Below, piece after piece: positions 18,442 to 27,455 of a DNA stretch of 60,652 bases (the first letter of the stretch is position 1; each line of letters starts with the position of its first letter). The stretch covers positions 1 to 60,652 of IMG/VR virus record IMGVR_UViG_3300017989_000126. One strand, given 5' to 3'. The notes beneath the pieces were generated by a model. It was not told the origin of the DNA. It was given only the letters and a program-made list of their open reading frames with translations, and ran no database searches. The position numbers and the translations under genes were made by a program. The stretch comes from a virus. Its lineage: Duplodnaviria; Caudoviricetes.

Positions 18442-20154
18442 ATGAAACTTACCATTCGAGGCACTGGTGATAAAGTCAATATCACCAAGACACATGTAGT
18501 CGCCAAAGGTGGTGAGGGTGTCATCTATATTAAAGATGGCGTTGTCTACAAAATCTGTCATGCTGGGAAAATGATTCCCGATGGAAAATTTCAAGAACTG
18601 GCTGTTCTCAATCATCCCAACATCATCAAGCCAGAGCAAGTTTTACTGGATTCTAAAGGAAAACCAGTTGGCTATACCATGAAGCTGGTTCCTAATTCAG
18701 TGCCACTTGCTCAAATTCTAACAAAATCTTACCGAGATCGAGAGAACGTTACATTCGATCAAATGGGTAAGTTAATACAGGATATTCGTGATGGCATTGA
18801 ACACATCCACTCCAAGGACATTCTCCAAGTAGATGGTAATGAGATGAACTACATGGTTTCGTTGGATTACGAAACTGTGTCATTCATTGATGTGAATAGT
18901 TTTCAAACCAAACATTATCCAGCAGAGGCTTTAATGCTAAGCGTGCGAGATTGGCACGTTGAAAAGAAAAACGGAGTCTACATTTGGACAGAGCTGAGTG
19001 ATTGGTTTTCTTTCGCAATTATCTCGTTCTACATGTGGACCGGAATTCATCCCTTCAAGGGAGCACATCCTCGTTTCAAAAATGTCAAAACGAGGATGGA
19101 AGATCAAATGAAGGCAAATGTTTCAGTTTTAAACTCTGAAACAAAATACCCTGCTGCTGCTGTTTATCCTTTTGATGTCATTCCTGATGTTTACATGCAG
19201 TGGTACAAAGCTCTGTTTGAACGTGGCGAACGACATCCGGCCCCACAGGACTTTCATGGCAAAATCCTTCTTGTCGCCAAAGTCAAAGAAATCAGTGGCA
19301 GTGATAACTTCGAAATCAAAGAAATTCATGATTTTGGGGAAATGCTGGTTGGTTTTATAGGTCGCCCCGGAACAGAGGTTTCTATTGGACCTGAACATGT
19401 GTTTGTAAATCAGGCCCCTAAGCCAAAACCATACAAGAAAATCCGTGCAGGCATTACAAATGTGATGCAAATTCCTGTCTCAGCTCATCTTGAGAACAAT
19501 ATCGTTCATTTGACAAATCTAAAAACTCAGGAAAAAATCGATTATCAAGGGAATGGAAGTGATCTGATGAGTTGCGAGGGGCGTTTGTACGTTCAAAGCA
19601 ATAATCGAATCGTTGAAATTCAATTCATTGAATCTGGCAAAAACATTATGGCGGCACCGAAAGTCGTTTGTGATATTTTGCCCAATGCAACGCAGATGTT
19701 TCAGGGAACAATCATCCAGTATCTGTTCGAAGGATACTTTGTCTCTGTATTCCCAAAATCAGGCATTGCTCAACAGTTCCATATTAAAGAACTTGATGAA
19801 TATCAAATTACTGAAGCGAAATATGAAAATGGGGTTCTGATGGTTGTTGGAATTTCCAAAGGCAAGTATGATCGCTTCGTGATCCGTTTTGAAGAAAGAT
19901 GGGGCAATTATGAAATAGCCCGTAAAATTGAAGACATCATTCCCACTGGTTTGAACTTCACAGTTCTGGAGAATGGGGTTTGTGTTTGTATTACGGAAGA
20001 AGAGAAAATCGAATTGTTCTCTTCCCGTTCGGGATCGCAAAATGTTAAATCGATCTCTGACCCGGTTATAGAAAGCGACATGAGGTTATGTCGAGTTGGG
20101 TCACAAGTTATGTTTGCCAAAGGCAACAAGCTGTTCAAGCTGTCTATGAAATAA
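18442..20154 (+). CDS. Ser/Thr protein kinase (TerY-P type) with beta-rich C-terminal domain
   Basis: KGGEG, VYK, DGNEMN, FIDVNSFQ, SDWFSF, GIHPFKG. Confidence 0.85.
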   Translation: MKLTIRGTGDKVNITKTHVVAKGGEGVIYIKDGVVYKICHAGKMIPDGKFQELAVLNHPNIIKPEQVLLDSKGKPVGYTMKLVPNSVPLAQILTKSYRDRENVTFDQMGKLIQDIRDGIEHIHSKDILQVDGNEMNYMVSLDYETVSFIDVNSFQTKHYPAEALMLSVRDWHVEKKNGVYIWTELSDWFSFAIISFYMWTGIHPFKGAHPRFKNVKTRMEDQMKANVSVLNSETKYPAAAVYPFDVIPDVYMQWYKALFERGERHPAPQDFHGKILLVAKVKEISGSDNFEIKEIHDFGEMLVGFIGRPGTEVSIGPEHVFVNQAPKPKPYKKIRAGITNVMQIPVSAHLENNIVHLTNLKTQEKIDYQGNGSDLMSCEGRLYVQSNNRIVEIQFIESGKNIMAAPKVVCDILPNATQMFQGTIIQYLFEGYFVSVFPKSGIAQQFHIKELDEYQITEAKYENGVLMVVGISKGKYDRFVIRFEERWGNYEIARKIEDIIPTGLNFTVLENGVCVCITEEEKIELFSSRSGSQNVKSISDPVIESDMRLCRVGSQVMFAKGNKLFKLSMK

Positions 20155-20164
20155 GGAGAACCTA

Positions 20165-21724
20165 GTGCGAGATTTCAGTGAAAATCCAATTGATGTACGC
20201 AATGCCATGAGGAAATTAGCCCCATGGATATTTGTCATTGGCATTGTGTTTATGGTTGGAATGACTTATCTCATCTATTCACAATTCCGAATCGATGTGC
20301 CAACCAAACATTTTGCCGTCCTGATCAAAAAGACCGGCAAAAATATTCCCAATGACGCAGAATGTGCCCCGGATGAATCTTACAAAGGGGTTCAAAAAGA
20401 GCTTCTATTGGAAGGGCGATATTTCCGCAACCCATTTGAATGGGACTGGGAAGTTCATCCCTATGATGAAATTGCGTCAAATGAACTTGGTGTACTTGTA
20501 AAGCTCAATGGCGAAAACCTCCCTTACAGACACTTTGTTGCGTCAAAAGATATTGAAAAGGGAATTGTCGAAGACGTGCTTCGACCGGGACGTTATCCAA
20601 TCCATCCCTACACCGAAAAACTTTTGCGATTCAAACCAATCACAATTCCTGCTGGACACAAAGGTGTTGTCACGTTACTAGCTGCTCCAATGCCAGAAAA
20701 TCCCAACGAACTTCTTGTAGAAGAAGGACGCCGTGGGGTTCAGAAAAAGACACTTGATCCCGGAACGTATTATGTGAACCCATATGTGACACGGATCAAT
20801 GAAATCGATTGTCGGTCTCAACGATTCAACCTTTCCGAAGGTGGTGACATGGGATTCCCGTCTCTGGACGGATTCTGGGTCCAATTGGATGGAATTGTTG
20901 AATTCCGTGTTAACCCCGAGAAAGCCGCTGAAGTTTTTGTGATCTACAATGAAACGTTCAATGACAAAAATGACATTGAACGAGTAGATGAAGAAATTGT
21001 CACAAAGATTATTCTTCCTAATGCAAGAAGTTTCTGCCGTTTGAAGGGGTCAAGCAACAAAGGTCGTGACTTTATCGGTGGCCAAACTCGTATTGAATTT
21101 CAGAAGGCTTTTGCAGAAGCAATGGAATCTGAATGTGAGCCTTTGGGTATTGAAATCGTCCAAGCTTTGATCACAAAGATTTATCCACCAGAAGCAATTG
21201 CTGGACCTGTTCGTGATCGTGAAGTTGCACGTCAGCAATTGCGACAGTATGGACAGCAGATTCTCCAACAGGAATCTGAGATCAAACTTGCTGTTGAAAA
21301 GCAAAAAGTTGTTCAAAGAACAGAACTGCGTGCTGCGGATCAATCTGTTGTAACGGAAACTGTGGCTGCTAAGCAGAAGCAGCAGGTTGCTGTCACTAAA
21401 GCAAATGAACAACGAGAAGTTGCCAGATTTAAACTTGATGCAGCAAAAGATGAAGCAGAAGCGATCATTGCTCGTGGAGAAGCTGCTGCTTCTGTTATCA
21501 AATTCGACAATGAAGCTATTGCTGCGGGTTGGGAGCGTGCCATCAAAGCCTTTGGTGGAGATGGAAGTGCATATGCTGATTATACTCTTTGGGAAAAGAT
21601 TGCACCGAGTTTTCGAAAAATCATGACCAATACAAACAACAGTCCTTTGATGGAACACTTCGGTTTGTCTGGCCCAACACCAGAAAAACCTGAAACTGTC
21701 GAACAAGCCACACCTGCTGAATAA
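20165..21724 (+). CDS. SPFH/band-7 family membrane protein
   Basis: TM anchor, LxPGxYxxNP repeats, FPSLDGF, coiled-coil tail. Confidence 0.85.
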   Translation: MRDFSENPIDVRNAMRKLAPWIFVIGIVFMVGMTYLIYSQFRIDVPTKHFAVLIKKTGKNIPNDAECAPDESYKGVQKELLLEGRYFRNPFEWDWEVHPYDEIASNELGVLVKLNGENLPYRHFVASKDIEKGIVEDVLRPGRYPIHPYTEKLLRFKPITIPAGHKGVVTLLAAPMPENPNELLVEEGRRGVQKKTLDPGTYYVNPYVTRINEIDCRSQRFNLSEGGDMGFPSLDGFWVQLDGIVEFRVNPEKAAEVFVIYNETFNDKNDIERVDEEIVTKIILPNARSFCRLKGSSNKGRDFIGGQTRIEFQKAFAEAMESECEPLGIEIVQALITKIYPPEAIAGPVRDREVARQQLRQYGQQILQQESEIKLAVEKQKVVQRTELRAADQSVVTETVAAKQKQQVAVTKANEQREVARFKLDAAKDEAEAIIARGEAAASVIKFDNEAIAAGWERAIKAFGGDGSAYADYTLWEKIAPSFRKIMTNTNNSPLMEHFGLSGPTPEKPETVEQATPAE

Positions 21725-21756
21725 CAAAAAGAAAATAAACGAAAGGATTATAAATC

Positions 21757-23340
21757 ATGAAATGGCGAACAAAGTTTCTGCTAACTTCACTTCTGATAAC
21801 AGTTATCGGAGCGTTTACATTACACTGGATGATTAACCGTGTTTATGTTGAGCCCGGTTACAGCTTGCAGCTTCGCTACAAAGGTTCACTGCTGGCTATG
21901 GTCGGCGTGCCTGTCAAGAAAGCCAAACCCGGACACTTTGCAGAAGAAGGTGAAGTCGGTGTTCTCAAAGAAATGCGTGGACCCGGACGGCACTTCTATT
22001 GCCCACTATGGTGGGAAACTGAAATCGTCCCAGACAAAATTGTAATGCCGGGACAAATCGCTGTTGTAAAGAGTAACCTTGGTGAGCCTCTTCCATCGGG
22101 TGAATACCTCGTGGAGGGTGATCTTGGAGAAACGAAACACAAAGGGATTTTGAGAAAATCTTTTGGTCCGGGACGTTATCGTGTGCATCCTTATGCATAT
22201 GAATTTGATGTCATCGAAAGACCTGTTCGAAGCGAAAATGGAAAACACGCTGGGTTTATTTCAATACCAACTGGTTATGTTGGTGTTGTGACAAACAAAG
22301 CATCAAATCCAATCACAGAAGAGCCAAAAGGTGTACTCGATGATGTTCTTCCTCCCGGTTTATATCCAATCAATGGACGTGAACAGGAAGTTGACATTGT
22401 TGAAATTGGATACCGTGAGGCATCTATCAACGTAAAAACTCAAGTTGAAGCTGATGGTTCTGTGAAGGTGGATGAAGCAGGTGAGCCTGTTATTGCCAGT
22501 TTGACAGAAGGAATTAACTTCCCAAGTAGCGATGGCTTTCCGATTCTAATGGACTTTACAGCAATTTGGGGAATTCTTCCTGATGCAGCGCCGAGAATTA
22601 TTCGAACATTCGGCAACATTGGTGCTGTAGAACAAAAAGTGGTGATGCCTCAAATTGAATCGATTTGTCGAAACAATGGCTCAGCCCACTCTGCTGTTGA
22701 TTTGCTTGTTGGTGAGTCTCGACAAAAATTCCAAGAAGACACTGAAATTGAATTTCACCGTGTTCTTGATGATAAGCAGATTCAACTTCTGTATGGTTTG
22801 GTGCGTCACATCTACATTCCGAAAGAAGTTCGTCAGCCAATTCAAACAGCATTTATTGCCGATGAATTAAAGTTGACTCGGGATCAGGAACAGATCACCA
22901 CGCAAAAAGAAGCTGAACTTCGTGAAATTGAAAAGCTGAAAGATGTGGAAGCTGAAAAAATTGATGCTGACACGAAGAAGCAGGTTGCTGAGATCATAGC
23001 ACTTGGTCAAAAGCAAGTTGGAGAAACCGAAGCTGAAACAATTCAATTGGTTGCTGAAATCGATAAAGAAACAGCCACAATTGAAGCTGAATCGACTGTG
23101 GTGATTGGTCAAGCCAAAGCTAAAGCAAACCAATTGGAAGAAGAAGCTAAAGCCCAATTGTTTGAATTGGCCGTACAAGCTTTCGAAAGACCGAATGCCT
23201 ACAATCGATATATCTTTGCCGATGGTTTGCCAGAAGATCTGGAATTTGAATTTCTCTATGCAGGCGAAGGTACTCTTTGGACTGACATGAAGAACTTTGG
23301 AATTCGAGGGAACGTCGATCTGAACCCTGAAAAGAAATAA
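21757..23340 (+). CDS. SPFH/band-7 family membrane protein (partner paralog)
   Basis: TM anchor, GPGRH/PPGLY repeats, FPSSDGF, coiled coil. Confidence 0.85.
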   Translation: MKWRTKFLLTSLLITVIGAFTLHWMINRVYVEPGYSLQLRYKGSLLAMVGVPVKKAKPGHFAEEGEVGVLKEMRGPGRHFYCPLWWETEIVPDKIVMPGQIAVVKSNLGEPLPSGEYLVEGDLGETKHKGILRKSFGPGRYRVHPYAYEFDVIERPVRSENGKHAGFISIPTGYVGVVTNKASNPITEEPKGVLDDVLPPGLYPINGREQEVDIVEIGYREASINVKTQVEADGSVKVDEAGEPVIASLTEGINFPSSDGFPILMDFTAIWGILPDAAPRIIRTFGNIGAVEQKVVMPQIESICRNNGSAHSAVDLLVGESRQKFQEDTEIEFHRVLDDKQIQLLYGLVRHIYIPKEVRQPIQTAFIADELKLTRDQEQITTQKEAELREIEKLKDVEAEKIDADTKKQVAEIIALGQKQVGETEAETIQLVAEIDKETATIEAESTVVIGQAKAKANQLEEEAKAQLFELAVQAFERPNAYNRYIFADGLPEDLEFEFLYAGEGTLWTDMKNFGIRGNVDLNPEKK

Positions 23341-23360
23341 CAGTTCGTTTCCTAAAACTC

Positions 23361-23394
23361 AAAAGGCCGCTGTTCCAAAACAGCGGCCTTTTTT
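23361..23394 (+). terminator. Intrinsic terminator closing the operon
   Basis: AAAAGGCCGCTG..CAGCGGCCTTTTTT. Confidence 0.85.
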
Positions 23395-23617
23395 GCTATT
23401 ATATCTATATGTGGGCAATTTATTGGTTAATTATTGAAACGAAAAAAGCTTGGAAAGGCAAAGATCAACAGAGAAGGTACGCTTTAGCTAATGTTTGGGG
23501 AGCAGGTGCTTTACTCGGAGTTGTTATTGCAGCTTATTTTTGGAGCTAAAAAATGTGGGTTGTCTGTGTTTTAATTTTTATCATCTGTTTGTTTACAATT
23601 GGCGTCAACAAAACTTT

Positions 23618-23730
23618 ACCGCTTCACGGCGAGAAAGCCCCTACTTGCGTAAGCAAGTTTGCCTATCATAGATCGTGAGCGAAGCGAACGAGTAAGGCAG
23701 GCAAACCTCTTTAGGGTCGGGGTAGTTGAC
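23618..23730. mobile_element. Non-autonomous IS200/IS605-type mini-element
   Basis: GAAAGCCCC...TTTAGGGTCGGGGTAGTTGAC end motif with internal nested hairpins; GC-rich against an AT-rich background. Confidence 0.6.
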
Positions 23731-23752
23731 TAGGAAGCATTGTCGCTGCTCT

Positions 23753-24214
23753 TCACTGGACCAGTGACCATTCCCTAAATGTCAAAGCTCTATTTCGCAT
23801 AACGTGAAAATAACGATCTAATTGAGCTTCGAATTTTGGATGAAGATTCAAATCTTTAATCTTATCCAAATCAACCCATTTGTATTCTGAATGCTCTTCG
23901 CTCAGAGATACGTCAAATGGCTCTTTAATGCGATAAAGATAAGTAGTCCAACGATGTGTTCCATCTTGGCTTTCAACGGCATCTATTCGATTTCCGGGGA
24001 TATTTGGAATACCTGTCTCTTCTTCTGTTTCACGAATAGCACAGGCAATCATCGATTCGCCTTTTTCGGCTTTTCCGCCCGGCAATCCCCAAGTTCCCTG
24101 ATGATCTCCTTCATCTCTCTTAAGTAAGAGAGTTTGCTTGCCATCAGTGAACATGATGCCAGCTCCTCTTTTGCCTTTGTATCTTGATCCGCCCTTACCA
24201 ATTCTATGATACAT
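23753..24214 (-). CDS. Nudix hydrolase
   Basis: GGKAEKGESMIACAIRETEEETG Nudix box. Confidence 0.92.
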   Translation of the reverse strand: MYHRIGKGGSRYKGKRGAGIMFTDGKQTLLLKRDEGDHQGTWGLPGGKAEKGESMIACAIRETEEETGIPNIPGNRIDAVESQDGTHRWTTYLYRIKEPFDVSLSEEHSEYKWVDLDKIKDLNLHPKFEAQLDRYFHVMRNRALTFREWSLVQ

Positions 24215-25013
24215 GGTTCCTCACATACAAGCTGTGTTTGACTTCTACTTTACTGTCTGCCAAACGTTGAAAACCGTTTTCAATAAACACGTGTTTTGTA
24301 TATAGATCAATTGGAACATCAATTGTTTTATCAATGCCGTTTTCACTACCATTCAAAGAAAGAGCGTAATTACATTTCAAAGATCTCAACCAATCAAAAA
24401 GAAGATTGATATTGAAGTCTCCATAGTAATAAACTTCTTTAGACACATAAGGGGGGTCAAGGTACAAAAAATCTCCCGATTTTGCATTGACCTTTTGATA
24501 ATCTTTAACTTCAAACTTGATATCAACTTTGCCGAATTCGCAATTCCATTGATTAAGAATTGACTTTAAATTTTGAGGTCGAATTCCACTTCTTCTTAAA
24601 TGAAAGCCACTATTGAACTCGCCTTTTTTGTTGTAGCGAACTAAACCATTTCGACATGTTCTCAATAGAAAAAAGAATTTGAGAGGATCTTGGTCTTTGT
24701 TGAACTCGCTACGAGTTTCATAATAATAGTCTTTGCCTTTAGACTGTAATTTATGCCATCTAATTGTGTAGTCTTCAAAAAGTCGATTAGGATCATTTTG
24801 AACTAATTTCCAAATCTCTATAAGAGGTTTGTTGTGATCGCTGGCTCGATATTTTTTAGCAGCTTTGTTTTTTATTGCTTCATAAAGAACAGAAGCTCCC
24901 CCAAGAAATGGCTCGTAATATGTGTCTGTTTCTTTTGGGAAATGAAAAAGAATTCGTTCAGCTTGTAACCGCTTACTGCCTTTCCATTTTACGAGGACTT
25001 CATTTTGTTTCAT
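24204..25013 (-). CDS. dam: Dam-family (D12-class) DNA adenine methyltransferase
   Basis: KWKGSK, YYEPFLGGAS, LYLDPPY; target specificity unverified. Confidence 0.85.
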   Translation of the reverse strand: MKQNEVLVKWKGSKRLQAERILFHFPKETDTYYEPFLGGASVLYEAIKNKAAKKYRASDHNKPLIEIWKLVQNDPNRLFEDYTIRWHKLQSKGKDYYYETRSEFNKDQDPLKFFFLLRTCRNGLVRYNKKGEFNSGFHLRRSGIRPQNLKSILNQWNCEFGKVDIKFEVKDYQKVNAKSGDFLYLDPPYVSKEVYYYGDFNINLLFDWLRSLKCNYALSLNGSENGIDKTIDVPIDLYTKHVFIENGFQRLADSKVEVKHSLYVRNHVS

Positions 25014-25489
25014 TTGAAGGATTTCGGTCCCCGTTTCAGGGGAACAGCTTTCAGTTTTTGAACGTGACGATCAGGTGTATCCTTAAGAGAGTGCATCACG
25101 TTTTTAATATCCTTCACTATTTCAGCAGCATTGTCAGATTCGCATTTCTGCGTGTTGCCATCAGGAATAGAAACTGTTTTTCTATCTTTGTTCCAGAAAC
25201 CTTTAGAAATGAAATAACACTTTTGACTTGGGTTCCAAGAAACTACCCCTACATGTTCTCCGTCATCCCAGTTTCTTGAAGAAACTAGAAGTCTCAGTGG
25301 TTGCTCTTCAAATACCTGACGAACATGAAAATCTGACTTCTTTAAAGCAGCCGAAGCATACCCAAGGCAAATCTTAGCATAGTTCTTCAACACCTCATCA
25401 GCTTTAGTGCGATAATTCACTTCAACGCTGTATCTGGTATCTGCTTCGTTTAAAGGTTCTCTTTTAAGCCAATCAATGAAAGTTTCCAT
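25010..25489 (-). CDS. Putative virion protein
   Basis: Start reassigned to METFIDWLKREPLNEA, which follows TATATA. Confidence 0.7.
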   Translation of the reverse strand: METFIDWLKREPLNEADTRYSVEVNYRTKADEVLKNYAKICLGYASAALKKSDFHVRQVFEEQPLRLLVSSRNWDDGEHVGVVSWNPSQKCYFISKGFWNKDRKTVSIPDGNTQKCESDNAAEIVKDIKNVMHSLKDTPDRHVQKLKAVPLKRGPKSFK

Positions 25490-25508
25490 ATCGCTAATAT
25501 ATAGTTGT

Positions 25509-25706
25509 ATGATGAAAACTTTTACACAATGGCTTGAAGCAAGATTGGCAGAAGAGGATGGAGGCGGTGGCGGTGGCGGTGGTACGGACACTGGTGCCAT
25601 AGCTACGCATCCTTCACCTTTGGGTTGCCAATGTAACTGTGGAACAAAAAAAAAGAAGAAAAAGACTAAGTCACGATCAAACTTTGGGTCTAGTGACAAT
25701 TCCTAA
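25509..25706 (+). CDS. Small Gly/Lys-rich putative head protein
   Basis: MMKTFTQWLEARLAEE start, poly-Gly, poly-Lys. Confidence 0.65.
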   Translation: MMKTFTQWLEARLAEEDGGGGGGGGTDTGAIATHPSPLGCQCNCGTKKKKKKTKSRSNFGSSDNS

Positions 25707-26370
25707 TAATCTCAAATAATCGTCTACACCACCCGAAAATGCCGTACTACCAAATGTTGTTGCGTCAGTTACATCTTTGTTTTGCAGGCCCCTATGAAAT
25801 ATAGCACCTGTAGGAGTTAAATACAAACTTTCGATACCATAACGTAAGTTGTACACTTTAAATTCATAATCTCCATTCCCGTATTTGTCCTTCTTTTGAT
25901 TGTTCTCTCTTTGAGTGATCGGACGTAGGTTCTCTAAGCAGTTGATCAGCTTCAGGTCGTAAATCTTGTGCTGTATGAATGCTTCAATTGGGAAGATGTG
26001 GTCCAAGTGCCATCGCTTATCTTTAACATTATCCCAATTGGGATGATTTGTGATATGCTCCTGTAACTCCTTTGGGCCATAGCCAAGCATGTCACTGGTG
26101 CGACCAACCTTTTCTTTGTCGGTTGCCTTGAGTGAACTTTGAAGTGCTTTGTAGCATCGCTTCCGAAAAGTTCTATCGAGCTTCAGTTTTTCACGATCAT
26201 CCACCCAATTATGGTGGTTTGAACCTCTTAGTTTTTCAAGGCCACATTCTTTGTGTGTTTCCACATGAACATTGATACTTCATTTTGTTCATGCAACCAG
26301 TGTATTTATCTAAAAGTTCGCACCCTCCGGCACGGAACAAATCAGCCATTTCAGCAGTTGTGTATTTCAT
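25677..26370 (-). pseudogene. Frameshifted HNH homing endonuclease (paralog of 254-817)
   Basis: MKYTTAE..CSCG in one frame; LGYGPKELQEHI..WHLDHIFP..NLRP..N in another. Confidence 0.7.
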
Positions 26371-26402
26371 AGCTACATCATCGTAGTAAGAATAAATATA
26401 CT

Positions 26403-27419
26403 TTAGTCCACTGTGATGGGATTCGTATATTTTTCCCAAATTGGCTTGATATAGTTTTCGAAGATTGCCTTGAAAGCCCAGACAAGTCCGGCATCCATGG
26501 TAATGGGCAGAAAATCGCCATAACGATATAAAAGATCTTCTTGCCATTGTTTTTTCATTTCCCAACCTTGTTGCTTCATGTAATCTCCATCCAATTGCAT
26601 ACCACCACCCGGACCCGGTGGTTGAGCATACTTACCTCGAACATGACCAAGCATAATCATTGCATGAGCTAAAGCTCCTTCCTGCATCGCTTGTGTCACT
26701 TCTTTCCAGTCTTTGCATTTTTGAAGATAATGAACAATTACAAGCTGAGGCTTGTAAGGAGTTGGGTAAATTTTAATGTGGCGACGATCAGCGACCCATT
26801 CCCAACCGCCAATATTGCTGCTAAGTCGTGAGAACATTTGCTCATACTGTTTGTAGAGCACCCATTCACCGGCACGTCCCCAAATTGGCTGAATTGGGTC
26901 GATCATTCCACCTTGAATGCTGGAATATGCACCACCCGGATAGAAATATTCAATGGGAATTGCTCCATCAAGGTCAGATGCTTGAAACGCAAAGCTACCC
27001 TGTTCTTTGTAAAATACATTGCGAATCATGCCAATATCATCAGGCATTTTATACACAGACTGGCCGGGAATTGCTCTGAAAGTGTAATAATCATAATGAT
27101 CTCGACCAGCATATTCTTCAAAAACAGCTAATGATTGATCGACTGCCAAATCTAATTGTTGTTCGTCTAATTCTACTTTAACTACAGGTGCACCAAGCAT
27201 CAATAAAACATAGTCTTTAATGTCCTCACGAACTTTCTCACGATAAGTTCTACGAGTCATATTAGGACGGTCATGTGGAGCAACTGGTGAATTACAACCT
27301 CCAATGCTGCCGCATGTTGAAGCTTTAGATTTAGTGCCTCCTACTGTGCAGGTGGCATCATCAAACGATCTTTGAGAAGGTCGATTTATTACTAAGGTAT
27401 TTGATCCGCAATTTGCCAT
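26403..27419 (-). CDS. Neck protein (T4 gp13-like)
   Basis: LGAPVVKVELDEQQLD and LGHVRGKY..PGPGGG.QLDG. Confidence 0.85.
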   Translation of the reverse strand: MANCGSNTLVINRPSQRSFDDATCTVGGTKSKASTCGSIGGCNSPVAPHDRPNMTRRTYREKVREDIKDYVLLMLGAPVVKVELDEQQLDLAVDQSLAVFEEYAGRDHYDYYTFRAIPGQSVYKMPDDIGMIRNVFYKEQGSFAFQASDLDGAIPIEYFYPGGAYSSIQGGMIDPIQPIWGRAGEWVLYKQYEQMFSRLSSNIGGWEWVADRRHIKIYPTPYKPQLVIVHYLQKCKDWKEVTQAMQEGALAHAMIMLGHVRGKYAQPPGPGGGMQLDGDYMKQQGWEMKKQWQEDLLYRYGDFLPITMDAGLVWAFKAIFENYIKPIWEKYTNPITVD

Positions 27420-27455
27420 GATAAATCTATATAGTTGTGATAACGAAATAAGGTA

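Noticed and set aside
21050-21727. Long antisense ORFs (e.g. 21050-21727, 48222-48989, 3435-3953, 38681-39178)
   Set aside because: They are shadows of well-supported genes on the opposite strand and show no motifs or RBS.
26403-26520. Apparent duplicated C-terminus of the neck protein (LPITMD ... NPITVD)
   Set aside because: The match is too short to separate from chance without homolog alignments.
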